Part shown: positions 1 to 8,177 of the stretch, one piece after another
Numbering within the stretch: position 1 is the first letter of the stretch
How the letters are laid out: the number at the start of each line of letters is the position of its first letter
Source: Naegleria gruberi
Taxonomy: Eukaryota
NCBI GenBank assembly: GCA_000004985.1
Contig: GG739032.1
Reading direction: 5' to 3' (one strand)
Length of the DNA stretch: 9,800 nt
The notes under the pieces: generated by a model
Database searches by the model: none
Told to the model about the DNA's origin: nothing
Seen by the model: only the letters and a program-made list of their open reading frames with translations
Translations under genes and position numbers: made by a program

Positions 1-1692
1 TTCCGAAGGTATTCAATGCAAACAGATTTCACACTCTCTTGTCAAAATTGTCAAAATCAACAAAATACCATTCAAATCAAACAAGGTTATATTGATGTTG
101 ATACAGGCATAATGATTTACATTCCTCTCACTCAAGAAAAAACAATGAAACTGCCATCATCTAGTTCCTCTGCCAGCATTTCAACTGTTGTCAAAATATT
201 CGTTGAATTAACTGATACTCATACAGGTGAATTCAGAATTATGTATTACCATGTTACTGTGATGCGTGTTGTTGTAACTACAATTACACAGATTGTTCAT
301 CAAGTTAATACCCAAACCAATACAATCATGTCATCCTTTGTTAAAGATGGTGATTCTAGTCAAAGTATTTCACAAACAATTAATACCATTGTTGCAACTA
401 CTCAAATGTTACAAGCTTTACCTGAATCTGAGAAGAGTTCCACTACTATAACTAATATTCAAACAACTTTATTAGATATTTTGGCCAATGCAACTGAAAC
501 TACTTCAGAAGAAACAATCTCAAAGTCAATCTCATCAATGATTGTCTTTGCTATTCACACCATGTTAAAGAATGAGCACAATATTGGACAAGCTGTAATT
601 GAAAAATCAGTGAATGCTCTTGAAAATATTGTGGAACAAAATTTCAGAAGCAATGTTGGTGTTTCATCTCAGACCTCTCAAACTTTCATGTCAGTTGTTG
701 AAAATCTAGTCTATGCCTCTCAAAACATTGCAAATCTGAAAGATCAATTCACAAGAGACGAAGAAATTTCTGCACTTACTGAAAAACTTGCTCTCGCAAT
801 TGTAACAGGAGAACCTGTAAGTGCGAGGGTTGTAGTATTAAACAGTGGTGTTTCGATTGTAAAGGCTGATAAGGAATATTTTAAATATCTTTCTCAATCA
901 GTGATTGGCTCACCATCCTCAGCAAATAGAAAATACCAAGCAAATATTGTTAATATCACCGTGCCAGATATTCTAGTTAGTGATAGTAATCCACTTGGTT
1001 CTGCAACTTATTCAGTTGTGGTTAAGGAAAACATTCCAATTATTGTACAAAAGTTAATTAATCAACAGGATGAAAATTCCCCACTGGTCGTTGTTTCTCC
1101 AGTTAGTACAAGTTTCACTGTTCAATCCAACACAACAGCTGTTGATTTGGGACAAAATATTACATTCCACATTCGTGTTTCTAAAGATGATTATACCATC
1201 TTTGATATTTCTTCCTATTCATGTGTTAGAGTTCAATCTGATCTAGGAAATGATTACTCCTCTTGTTCAATTTCTGGTTATAATAATGCCTCTTCAACTA
1301 TTGATTGTAATTGTATATTCTCAGATTTATTCATTTCTAATGTGATAGTTGTGAAAAACACTTCCCTTAGAACATTACAAGCTTCCAATACGACCAATCT
1401 CACCACTCATATCATTATTATTTCAGCAGTCATTGGTGGAACCTGTTTAATTTCGGTTACTTGTTTCTTCATTGCACTAGTTGCTGTTGTTATTTATTGT
1501 ATTAGGGGTTGTGGAAGAAGAAAAACTAGGCCACACGAAGAGAAGGATAATTCCTCAGATGGTGCAGAAATGGTTATTCGTATACCTATTGCTCAAATGA
1601 TTTCTCTTCCCTCGCAAAGTCCATATCAGGAATCAGCCAATACAACTTCAACACAAAGTCAAGGTAGTACTACTGCACGGATGTTGGTATAA
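1..1692 (+). CDS. Partial (5'-truncated at window edge) type I membrane glycoprotein. Large Ser/Thr/Ile/Val/Asn-rich ectodomain with many N-x-S/T sites. Four-Cys juxtamembrane module (about nt 1213..1350). Single TM (about nt 1411..1503). 62-aa basic cytoplasmic tail starting RGCGRRK.
   Basis: Reading frame 1 is open from nt 1 (first ATG at 16) to TAA at 1690..1692. 558+ codons without a stop in roughly 30% GC DNA. A hydrophobic 31-residue stretch (IIIISAVIGGTCLISVTCFFIALVAVVIY) is followed by a positively charged stretch. The Cys pattern C-x13-C-x13-C-x-C lies about 33 residues before the TM. The same architecture recurs in the ORF at 8178..8951. Confidence 0.6.
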   Translation, partial: FRRYSMQTDFTLSCQNCQNQQNTIQIKQGYIDVDTGIMIYIPLTQEKTMKLPSSSSSASISTVVKIFVELTDTHTGEFRIMYYHVTVMRVVVTTITQIVHQVNTQTNTIMSSFVKDGDSSQSISQTINTIVATTQMLQALPESEKSSTTITNIQTTLLDILANATETTSEETISKSISSMIVFAIHTMLKNEHNIGQAVIEKSVNALENIVEQNFRSNVGVSSQTSQTFMSVVENLVYASQNIANLKDQFTRDEEISALTEKLALAIVTGEPVSARVVVLNSGVSIVKADKEYFKYLSQSVIGSPSSANRKYQANIVNITVPDILVSDSNPLGSATYSVVVKENIPIIVQKLINQQDENSPLVVVSPVSTSFTVQSNTTAVDLGQNITFHIRVSKDDYTIFDISSYSCVRVQSDLGNDYSSCSISGYNNASSTIDCNCIFSDLFISNVIVVKNTSLRTLQASNTTNLTTHIIIISAVIGGTCLISVTCFFIALVAVVIYCIRGCGRRKTRPHEEKDNSSDGAEMVIRIPIAQMISLPSQSPYQESANTTSTQSQGSTTARMLV

Positions 1693-1979
1693 TAAATTGT
1701 TTGTTTTGTACAAGGTTTGGTTAGGATTCAGAGTTGATTTATTTGGGTTATTTAAGAGATTACTTAGTGAAGATTTATATCATTGATTATATTTCTTATG
1801 ATCTATAAATGATGTAAATTTGATGTTTTCATTTCTTGTATTGATAGATATTTAAAGGTCAGGTCAGTACTAACTTTTGAATTATGGACTTTGAAAAGTC
1901 AAATGTTTGGGACGTGAATCTACTCATTAGATTGAATAGGTATTGCTAATAAAGGAACATTTCATTGATTTATTGATTA

Positions 1980-2029
1980 NNNNNNNNNNNNNNNNNNNNN
2001 NNNNNNNNNNNNNNNNNNNNNNNNNNNNN
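1980..2029. other. Assembly gap (50 N)
   Basis: Run of n characters. The ORF-track entry 1943..2239 is translated through it and is not real as drawn. Confidence 0.99.
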
Positions 2030-2041
2030 GTTTCAATTACA

Positions 2042-2239
2042 ATGCATGTCGATGATGATTGTAATATTGTGGTGAATGCTCTGGTGAAAGATATTAAAAA
2101 ACAAATTAAAATGACAAAGTACGATAGAACTCTCTCTAGAGAAGAACAATTAAAGATGATTGAAGATAGCTATTCCTTGGGAGTGAATTTGCCAGTCATT
2201 TACAAAACAACTATAGATGGTTTAGAGGAATTGGATTAA
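2042..2239 (+). CDS. Hypothetical small ORF (65 aa from the first ATG after the gap). May be a 3' fragment of a gene whose 5' end lies in the gap, or spurious.
   Basis: Open frame from the gap to TAA at 2237..2239. No recognisable domain. Charged and Lys-rich composition. Ends 30 bp before the left inverted repeat. Confidence 0.15.
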   Translation: MHVDDDCNIVVNALVKDIKKQIKMTKYDRTLSREEQLKMIEDSYSLGVNLPVIYKTTIDGLEELD

Positions 2240-2269
2240 AGACATGTTTATTTCTCAACAAGCATACTT

Positions 2270-2335
2270 TTGTTACACGCCACAATTTCCGCGTGGCTTT
2301 TACGCCAAAATTTCCACTCCCGAAAATTCTCGCGT
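2270..2335 (+). repeat. Left terminal inverted repeat with subterminal direct repeats (AATTTCCGCGTGG at 2283..2295 and AAATTCTCGCGTGG at 2322..2335).
   Basis: Aligned by eye to the reverse complement of 3828..3899. 13/13 match at the tip. Roughly 36 of the first 45 positions match, allowing one indel. Confidence 0.6.
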
Positions 2336-2663
2336 GGTTTACAAACGCAGAAATGACCTTAATAGGACATTAATACAAGTTGTAATTAAGCTTAATAAAT
2401 TGAAGGGCATCCAACCACTGATGAGTTTAATATATTGTATATTGAACATTATTCTCCTATTACAAAACCAAAGAGTTGAAAAAATATAATCTCTACTTTG
2501 ATGATTTTTATCATGAGGAAGATATCTTGTTCCGAGAAATTAATACCACTCATTAATCATTACCTTTAAGCAAAGAGAGTGTAATTTCCTGTGAAAATAA
2601 TATTAACTCTTGTATTTATTAAATACAGTATTACACCTTGTAGTATTGTTAATACTTTAATAC

Positions 2664-2695
2664 GGAGAAAATCTCCTTAAAATGAGATTTTCTCC
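2664..2695. repeat. Perfect 12-bp-stem hairpin: GGAGAAAATCTC, then CTTAAAAT, then GAGATTTTCTCC.
   Basis: Arm 2664..2675 is the exact reverse complement of arm 2684..2695, with an 8-nt loop. Lies inside the TIR element. Confidence 0.7.
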
Positions 2696-2913
2696 TAAGG
2701 TCCAAATAAGGGTTGGATTCACACTACCTTAACCGAAAAGACATCATCTACTAATTTTATTATTTAAACTATGAATGGTGGAATGTGAGCAAAGCAATTA
2801 ATATAGATTGAAATAAACGCACCAAGAATAAAACAAATTGAAAATTTATTGAAAATTGTTTTGAATCAAGGTTGAAAATCAGCAAGATTTCCGACCATGA
2901 AATTTACCATGTT

Positions 2914-3780
2914 GGAAAATTCACTGTTTGTGAATTTTATTGATGGTGCGATGATGATGACCTTAAATATATTTTCCTTAATGATCGGAAGTGAACTTGT
3001 TGATGATATTGATGATAAAAGATATGATGAAGTGAAAATTCCACAACTCGATGAATACTAAGTGGAAAAATTCCAACTCTCTTGATGGTGATATTAGACA
3101 TCCCTACTAATGATACTATGTTGTTGAAATTCAATCGTCATGATGAAAATATATGGTGAATGATGAATACACCACCAACAAGGTGAAAACTCCAAATATC
3201 CAAAAACTATTATTCGGAGTGTTGTTGAAGATATATTTGAATAGTACTATTCGAAGAAAGTTTGGAAGATGATGAAGTACATGTTGAGTTGTGGCATATG
3301 TATATTTTCAAAATATACATGATTGATGAAATGAGAAGATGAATTCCTGCTATTGATATTGGTGATACTATAGAGTATTGCCAACAATCCCTAATTGAAG
3401 AAATTCCTAGTGAACAAGTAAATCTCCTGATGAGGATGATATTATGAGAAATTTGTAATTTCACCCTATTACAACTACTAAGGGAGATTTCAATTGCTCA
3501 AATTACTAGTAATATAATAATAAATATACTGCGATGATGAATTTCAGCTTAATGATGATGTTTGGAAGTTTGAAAATTCCGATGATAGAAAATATTCCGA
3601 GAAGAAGAACTACCATAAAATATTGCTATAATTACTATTGGTGAGATGTAGCCCAGCTACTATAATTGAAATATTCCAATATGATGATGATTTGATTGAA
3701 TTAAATACCAATGATGATGAGTGGAGGTATTTTTTAAAAGTAATGAGAGAGGACATTCAAAACAAATTAGGATTCCGAAA
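2914..3780. repeat. Degenerate array of units carrying (G)AAAATTCC-like and GATGATGA-like cores. Either decayed tandem repeats or a decayed coding region.
   Basis: AAAATTCC-like cores at about 2916, 3036, 3068, 3127, 3185, 3344, 3401, 3571, 3591, 3671, 3771. GATGATGA and variants occur at least 12 times in 2940..3720. All frames are interrupted by stops. Confidence 0.5.
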
Positions 3781-3827
3781 TGGAGAGTTTAATTTCCTTA
3801 TTGGATTTTCTAATAAGGGTTCGAAAA

Positions 3828-3899
3828 AGTGGCGTGGCTTAATAACGCCAAGAATTTTTTGGCGTGGATTTTCACGCGAGAAATTCTGGCGTGTAACAA
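3828..3899 (-). repeat. Right terminal inverted repeat (GTGGCGTGGCTT ... TTGGCGTGGATTTTCACGCGAGAAATTCTGGCGTGTAACAA).
   Basis: Reverse complement matches the left end. Internal GGCGTGG / CACGCG sub-repeats mirror those of the left end. Confidence 0.6.
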
Positions 3900-4039
3900 T
3901 TATTATCATATTGAATTCAATTCTAAAACAATAAAATTGATACCAGATGTATATCAGTGTGACTAAATGTATCTGGTAAAGTTACATGATGTTTGGATAT
4001 ACTTTCATTGAGACAGTGTGTACAATTGGATATCTGTTG

Positions 4040-4159
4040 AAAAGTTCACGCCGCTTTTTTGCAATGCTTCCTCAAACAATAGAATGCTCCCTTTTCCCGC
4101 CAATAAAAACCGTTTGGATTGTAAAAATGATAAAATTCTGTTCACTGTGAACGTGTAAC
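4040..4159 (-). repeat. Third, degenerate copy of the TIR-end sequence, in the same orientation as the right TIR. It lies immediately upstream of the transposase ATG.
   Basis: 4132..4159 AAAATTCTG-TTCACTGTGAA-CGTGTAAC matches right-TIR tip AAATTCTGGCGTGTAAC, except for an 11-bp insertion that creates the palindrome GTTCACTGTGAAC. Upstream, AAAAGTTCACGCCGCTTTT (4041..) and CTTTTCCCGCCAATAAAAACC (4091..) resemble the subterminal blocks AAAAGTGGCGTGGCTT and GCTTTTACGCCAAAATTTCC. Confidence 0.4.
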
Positions 4160-4177
4160 TTCTATTCAAATATTCGT

Positions 4178-5761
4178 ATGGATGAACGGTTAGAATTAAT
4201 CAAAATGAAAAGAAAGAACGGAGACGCCTCCAGCACTAACAAAAAACAAGCTACACTCGATGGCTTTGTTACCTCCAATCAACAAAATAGCCAAGATCAG
4301 CAATCAAGCCAACTCAGTCCATCCAACGGCCAAAACCTAACACCTAAATACTCTGCTAAGCAGTTGGATGATGAAACTGATTGGATAGCATCTTTATTCA
4401 ATTTTAACAAAGAAGGATTTGAAAAGGTTTCTTCCAACATTGTGTATCCTAAAATTACCGAAACTCCTACCACTCCTAAAACCATTCTGAGAAATGTAAC
4501 TTGCACTGAGGTCAGCCTTGAACTTCTAATTTCAAACATGATTCCAAACCACTTTTGGCAAATACTATTGGACATATTAAACACTAACTTGACCAGAGAG
4601 AGTACAACTGGAAAAGCATCTTCACACTCAAAGTATTACAATGATATTGATATCTCTCAGCTTTTCTCTTTTTTGGGAACTGTAATTAGCTTAGAAAACA
4701 ACCATTCAAAGTTGAATGCCAATGCCAAAACCAATTTACAACAGCTTCGTGCAGAAAAGTTGGATAGCATGATTCCTGGTTATAGAAGATACTTTTCTTT
4801 GATGAAATGTTTTGCTCCTTCTGACCAACAATTTGAATTGATTTCAACAGCATTAAACGATATCACTTTAAATGCTGTTACAATTGGTTCCAATTTTGTT
4901 GTGGACGAAACAGTGTATGCATATCAGATTTCCTCAATCGTTAAAGCAGAGGCTGAACTCTTGCAATGTCCAATTCCAGTAGTGTACATTCCAAGAAAAC
5001 CATATCCAAATGGACTTATGTCGTATAAGTTGTGTGTACTATTTCCTGGATGTAGGAAACCTTATGTTTTAGCCATCCTTCCTCAATACAAAGTTCCTAT
5101 GGATTCCCCTCAGGAAGCAATGTTAAAATTGTTGAAAATGGTTCGTGAATGTACTGATCAAAACTTGCATATTACTGGTGATGCTGCATTTGGTTCATTC
5201 ACTATCTTTGATGAGCTAATCAAATTGAATGTTGTTGGCACTTTCTCTATTTCAGGTACTGAAAAGTCATGGATCTGGGATTTGTTGAAGAGAACACTCA
5301 CTCATGGTAATTGGAAGGCTGCTGAATTTATTTCAAAATCTGTGATCGCTTCTATGCAAAGAAATCCTCAATACCAATCAGACAGAGACAAGAAATATCA
5401 CCATCTTGTTTCGAATGCATTTGATTTTGAAACCTCACCAATTTCACTGCCAACCATTTCAGCAAACTCTTGCAAATATTCTACCTCCTTTTTGCAGAAA
5501 AATACGGTGGAAAAATTGAAAGAAATTGGAAAGAAGGAACATATCAAATTAAGTAAGCTCACTAAGGATGAAATCATCCAGAAGATTCAATTTATTTGCA
5601 ACTCCACAAATGTCAAATCACTTCAACTACATGCTTTGCATTCGTTTGATCAGAATCAATTTAACGCTACCTCTGCTATCCATCATGACCATTATAGACG
5701 TACTTTTAATCTTGTCGACATTCAAGATAAGTACCATTATAAGGCTAGATATGCCTATATC
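4178..5761 (+). CDS. piggyBac-family (DDE_Tnp_1_7-like) transposase. N-terminal 528 aa with intact DDD catalytic triad. C-terminus lies in the gap.
   Basis: Uninterrupted 528 codons. Blocks align to T. ni piggyBac transposase as I recall it. LFSFLGTVI matches IYAFFGILV. YRRYFSLMKCF matches DRFDFLIRCL. VVDET (D243, nt 4904..4906) matches TIDEQ (D268). VYIPRKPYPNGLMSYKLCV matches VYIPNKPSKYGIKILMMCD. ITGDAAFGS...VVGTFS (D335, nt 5180..5182) matches ITCDNWFTS...IVGTVR (D346). YRRTFNLVDIQD (D514, nt 5717..5719) matches YNQTKGGVDTLDQ (D447). Confidence 0.8.
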
Positions 5762-8176
5762 NNNNNNNNNNNNNNNNNNNNNNNNNNNNNNNNNNNNNNN
5801 NNNNNNNNNNNNNNNNNNNNNNNNNNNNNNNNNNNNNNNNNNNNNNNNNNNNNNNNNNNNNNNNNNNNNNNNNNNNNNNNNNNNNNNNNNNNNNNNNNNN
5901 NNNNNNNNNNNNNNNNNNNNNNNNNNNNNNNNNNNNNNNNNNNNNNNNNNNNNNNNNNNNNNNNNNNNNNNNNNNNNNNNNNNNNNNNNNNNNNNNNNNN
6001 NNNNNNNNNNNNNNNNNNNNNNNNNNNNNNNNNNNNNNNNNNNNNNNNNNNNNNNNNNNNNNNNNNNNNNNNNNNNNNNNNNNNNNNNNNNNNNNNNNNN
6101 NNNNNNNNNNNNNNNNNNNNNNNNNNNNNNNNNNNNNNNNNNNNNNNNNNNNNNNNNNNNNNNNNNNNNNNNNNNNNNNNNNNNNNNNNNNNNNNNNNNN
6201 NNNNNNNNNNNNNNNNNNNNNNNNNNNNNNNNNNNNNNNNNNNNNNNNNNNNNNNNNNNNNNNNNNNNNNNNNNNNNNNNNNNNNNNNNNNNNNNNNNNN
6301 NNNNNNNNNNNNNNNNNNNNNNNNNNNNNNNNNNNNNNNNNNNNNNNNNNNNNNNNNNNNNNNNNNNNNNNNNNNNNNNNNNNNNNNNNNNNNNNNNNNN
6401 NNNNNNNNNNNNNNNNNNNNNNNNNNNNNNNNNNNNNNNNNNNNNNNNNNNNNNNNNNNNNNNNNNNNNNNNNNNNNNNNNNNNNNNNNNNNNNNNNNNN
6501 NNNNNNNNNNNNNNNNNNNNNNNNNNNNNNNNNNNNNNNNNNNNNNNNNNNNNNNNNNNNNNNNNNNNNNNNNNNNNNNNNNNNNNNNNNNNNNNNNNNN
6601 NNNNNNNNNNNNNNNNNNNNNNNNNNNNNNNNNNNNNNNNNNNNNNNNNNNNNNNNNNNNNNNNNNNNNNNNNNNNNNNNNNNNNNNNNNNNNNNNNNNN
6701 NNNNNNNNNNNNNNNNNNNNNNNNNNNNNNNNNNNNNNNNNNNNNNNNNNNNNNNNNNNNNNNNNNNNNNNNNNNNNNNNNNNNNNNNNNNNNNNNNNNN
6801 NNNNNNNNNNNNNNNNNNNNNNNNNNNNNNNNNNNNNNNNNNNNNNNNNNNNNNNNNNNNNNNNNNNNNNNNNNNNNNNNNNNNNNNNNNNNNNNNNNNN
6901 NNNNNNNNNNNNNNNNNNNNNNNNNNNNNNNNNNNNNNNNNNNNNNNNNNNNNNNNNNNNNNNNNNNNNNNNNNNNNNNNNNNNNNNNNNNNNNNNNNNN
7001 NNNNNNNNNNNNNNNNNNNNNNNNNNNNNNNNNNNNNNNNNNNNNNNNNNNNNNNNNNNNNNNNNNNNNNNNNNNNNNNNNNNNNNNNNNNNNNNNNNNN
7101 NNNNNNNNNNNNNNNNNNNNNNNNNNNNNNNNNNNNNNNNNNNNNNNNNNNNNNNNNNNNNNNNNNNNNNNNNNNNNNNNNNNNNNNNNNNNNNNNNNNN
7201 NNNNNNNNNNNNNNNNNNNNNNNNNNNNNNNNNNNNNNNNNNNNNNNNNNNNNNNNNNNNNNNNNNNNNNNNNNNNNNNNNNNNNNNNNNNNNNNNNNNN
7301 NNNNNNNNNNNNNNNNNNNNNNNNNNNNNNNNNNNNNNNNNNNNNNNNNNNNNNNNNNNNNNNNNNNNNNNNNNNNNNNNNNNNNNNNNNNNNNNNNNNN
7401 NNNNNNNNNNNNNNNNNNNNNNNNNNNNNNNNNNNNNNNNNNNNNNNNNNNNNNNNNNNNNNNNNNNNNNNNNNNNNNNNNNNNNNNNNNNNNNNNNNNN
7501 NNNNNNNNNNNNNNNNNNNNNNNNNNNNNNNNNNNNNNNNNNNNNNNNNNNNNNNNNNNNNNNNNNNNNNNNNNNNNNNNNNNNNNNNNNNNNNNNNNNN
7601 NNNNNNNNNNNNNNNNNNNNNNNNNNNNNNNNNNNNNNNNNNNNNNNNNNNNNNNNNNNNNNNNNNNNNNNNNNNNNNNNNNNNNNNNNNNNNNNNNNNN
7701 NNNNNNNNNNNNNNNNNNNNNNNNNNNNNNNNNNNNNNNNNNNNNNNNNNNNNNNNNNNNNNNNNNNNNNNNNNNNNNNNNNNNNNNNNNNNNNNNNNNN
7801 NNNNNNNNNNNNNNNNNNNNNNNNNNNNNNNNNNNNNNNNNNNNNNNNNNNNNNNNNNNNNNNNNNNNNNNNNNNNNNNNNNNNNNNNNNNNNNNNNNNN
7901 NNNNNNNNNNNNNNNNNNNNNNNNNNNNNNNNNNNNNNNNNNNNNNNNNNNNNNNNNNNNNNNNNNNNNNNNNNNNNNNNNNNNNNNNNNNNNNNNNNNN
8001 NNNNNNNNNNNNNNNNNNNNNNNNNNNNNNNNNNNNNNNNNNNNNNNNNNNNNNNNNNNNNNNNNNNNNNNNNNNNNNNNNNNNNNNNNNNNNNNNNNNN
8101 NNNNNNNNNNNNNNNNNNNNNNNNNNNNNNNNNNNNNNNNNNNNNNNNNNNNNNNNNNNNNNNNNNNNNNNNNNNN
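5762..8176. other. Assembly gap (2415 N)
   Basis: Run of n characters. ORF-track entries 4178..8179, 5568..8951 and 5745..8216(-) are translations of N and are artifacts apart from their real flanks. Confidence 0.99.
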
Positions 8177-8177
8177 T

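Larger units (their letters stand above)
2270..3899. mobile_element. About 1.63 kb TIR-bounded non-autonomous DNA transposon (MITE-like). No intact ORF. Superfamily not assignable from ends alone.
   Basis: 2270..2282 TTGTTACACGCCA is the exact reverse complement of 3887..3899 TGGCGTGTAACAA. Imperfect complementarity continues inward for about 50-70 bp (blocks AATTTC(T)CGCGTG and ACGCCAAAA are shared). Only short ORFs broken by stops lie between. A third related copy of the end motif sits at 4040..4159. Confidence 0.55.

Noticed and set aside
1943-2239. 98-aa ORF spanning the 50-N gap
   Set aside because: The start lies before the gap and the frame through the gap is unknowable. Only the post-gap segment (2042..2239) is retained, as a low-confidence small ORF.
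2270-2282. Possible piggyBac-type TTAA target duplication at the TIR element ends
   Set aside because: The flanks are CATACTTT on the left and TTATTATC on the right. No TTAA and no matching direct repeat longer than TT, so no superfamily assignment was made from the TSD.
2244-2489. 81-aa ORF
   Set aside because: It overlaps the left TIR and its subterminal repeats. Its peptide (PQFPRGFYAKISTPENSRVVYKRR) is simply the translation of the GCGTGG/ACGCCAAAA repeat blocks. No domain signal.
2611-2627. Near-palindrome TGTATTTATTAAATACA
   Set aside because: AT-only, imperfect at the centre, and expected frequently by chance at this base composition.
2937-3464. Two minus-strand ORFs (65 and 84 aa) inside the element
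   Set aside because: They lie in the degenerate GATGATGA/AAAATTCC repeat region, with low-complexity His/Ser/Ile translations and no supporting features. Treated as chance ORFs in repeat DNA.
3638-3934. 98-aa + strand ORF
   Set aside because: It runs through the right TIR (WRGLITPRIFWRGFSREKFWRV is the translated TIR) and across the element boundary. Not a plausible gene.
3941-3978. Inverted repeat TACCAGAT...ATCTGGTA (8-bp arms, 22-bp spacer)
   Set aside because: Short arms in AT-rich DNA and it does not extend. Could be chance. Noted only because it lies between the right TIR and the third TIR-like copy.
4297-4584. 95-aa minus-strand ORF
   Set aside because: Antisense within the well-supported piggyBac-like transposase CDS, with no independent evidence.
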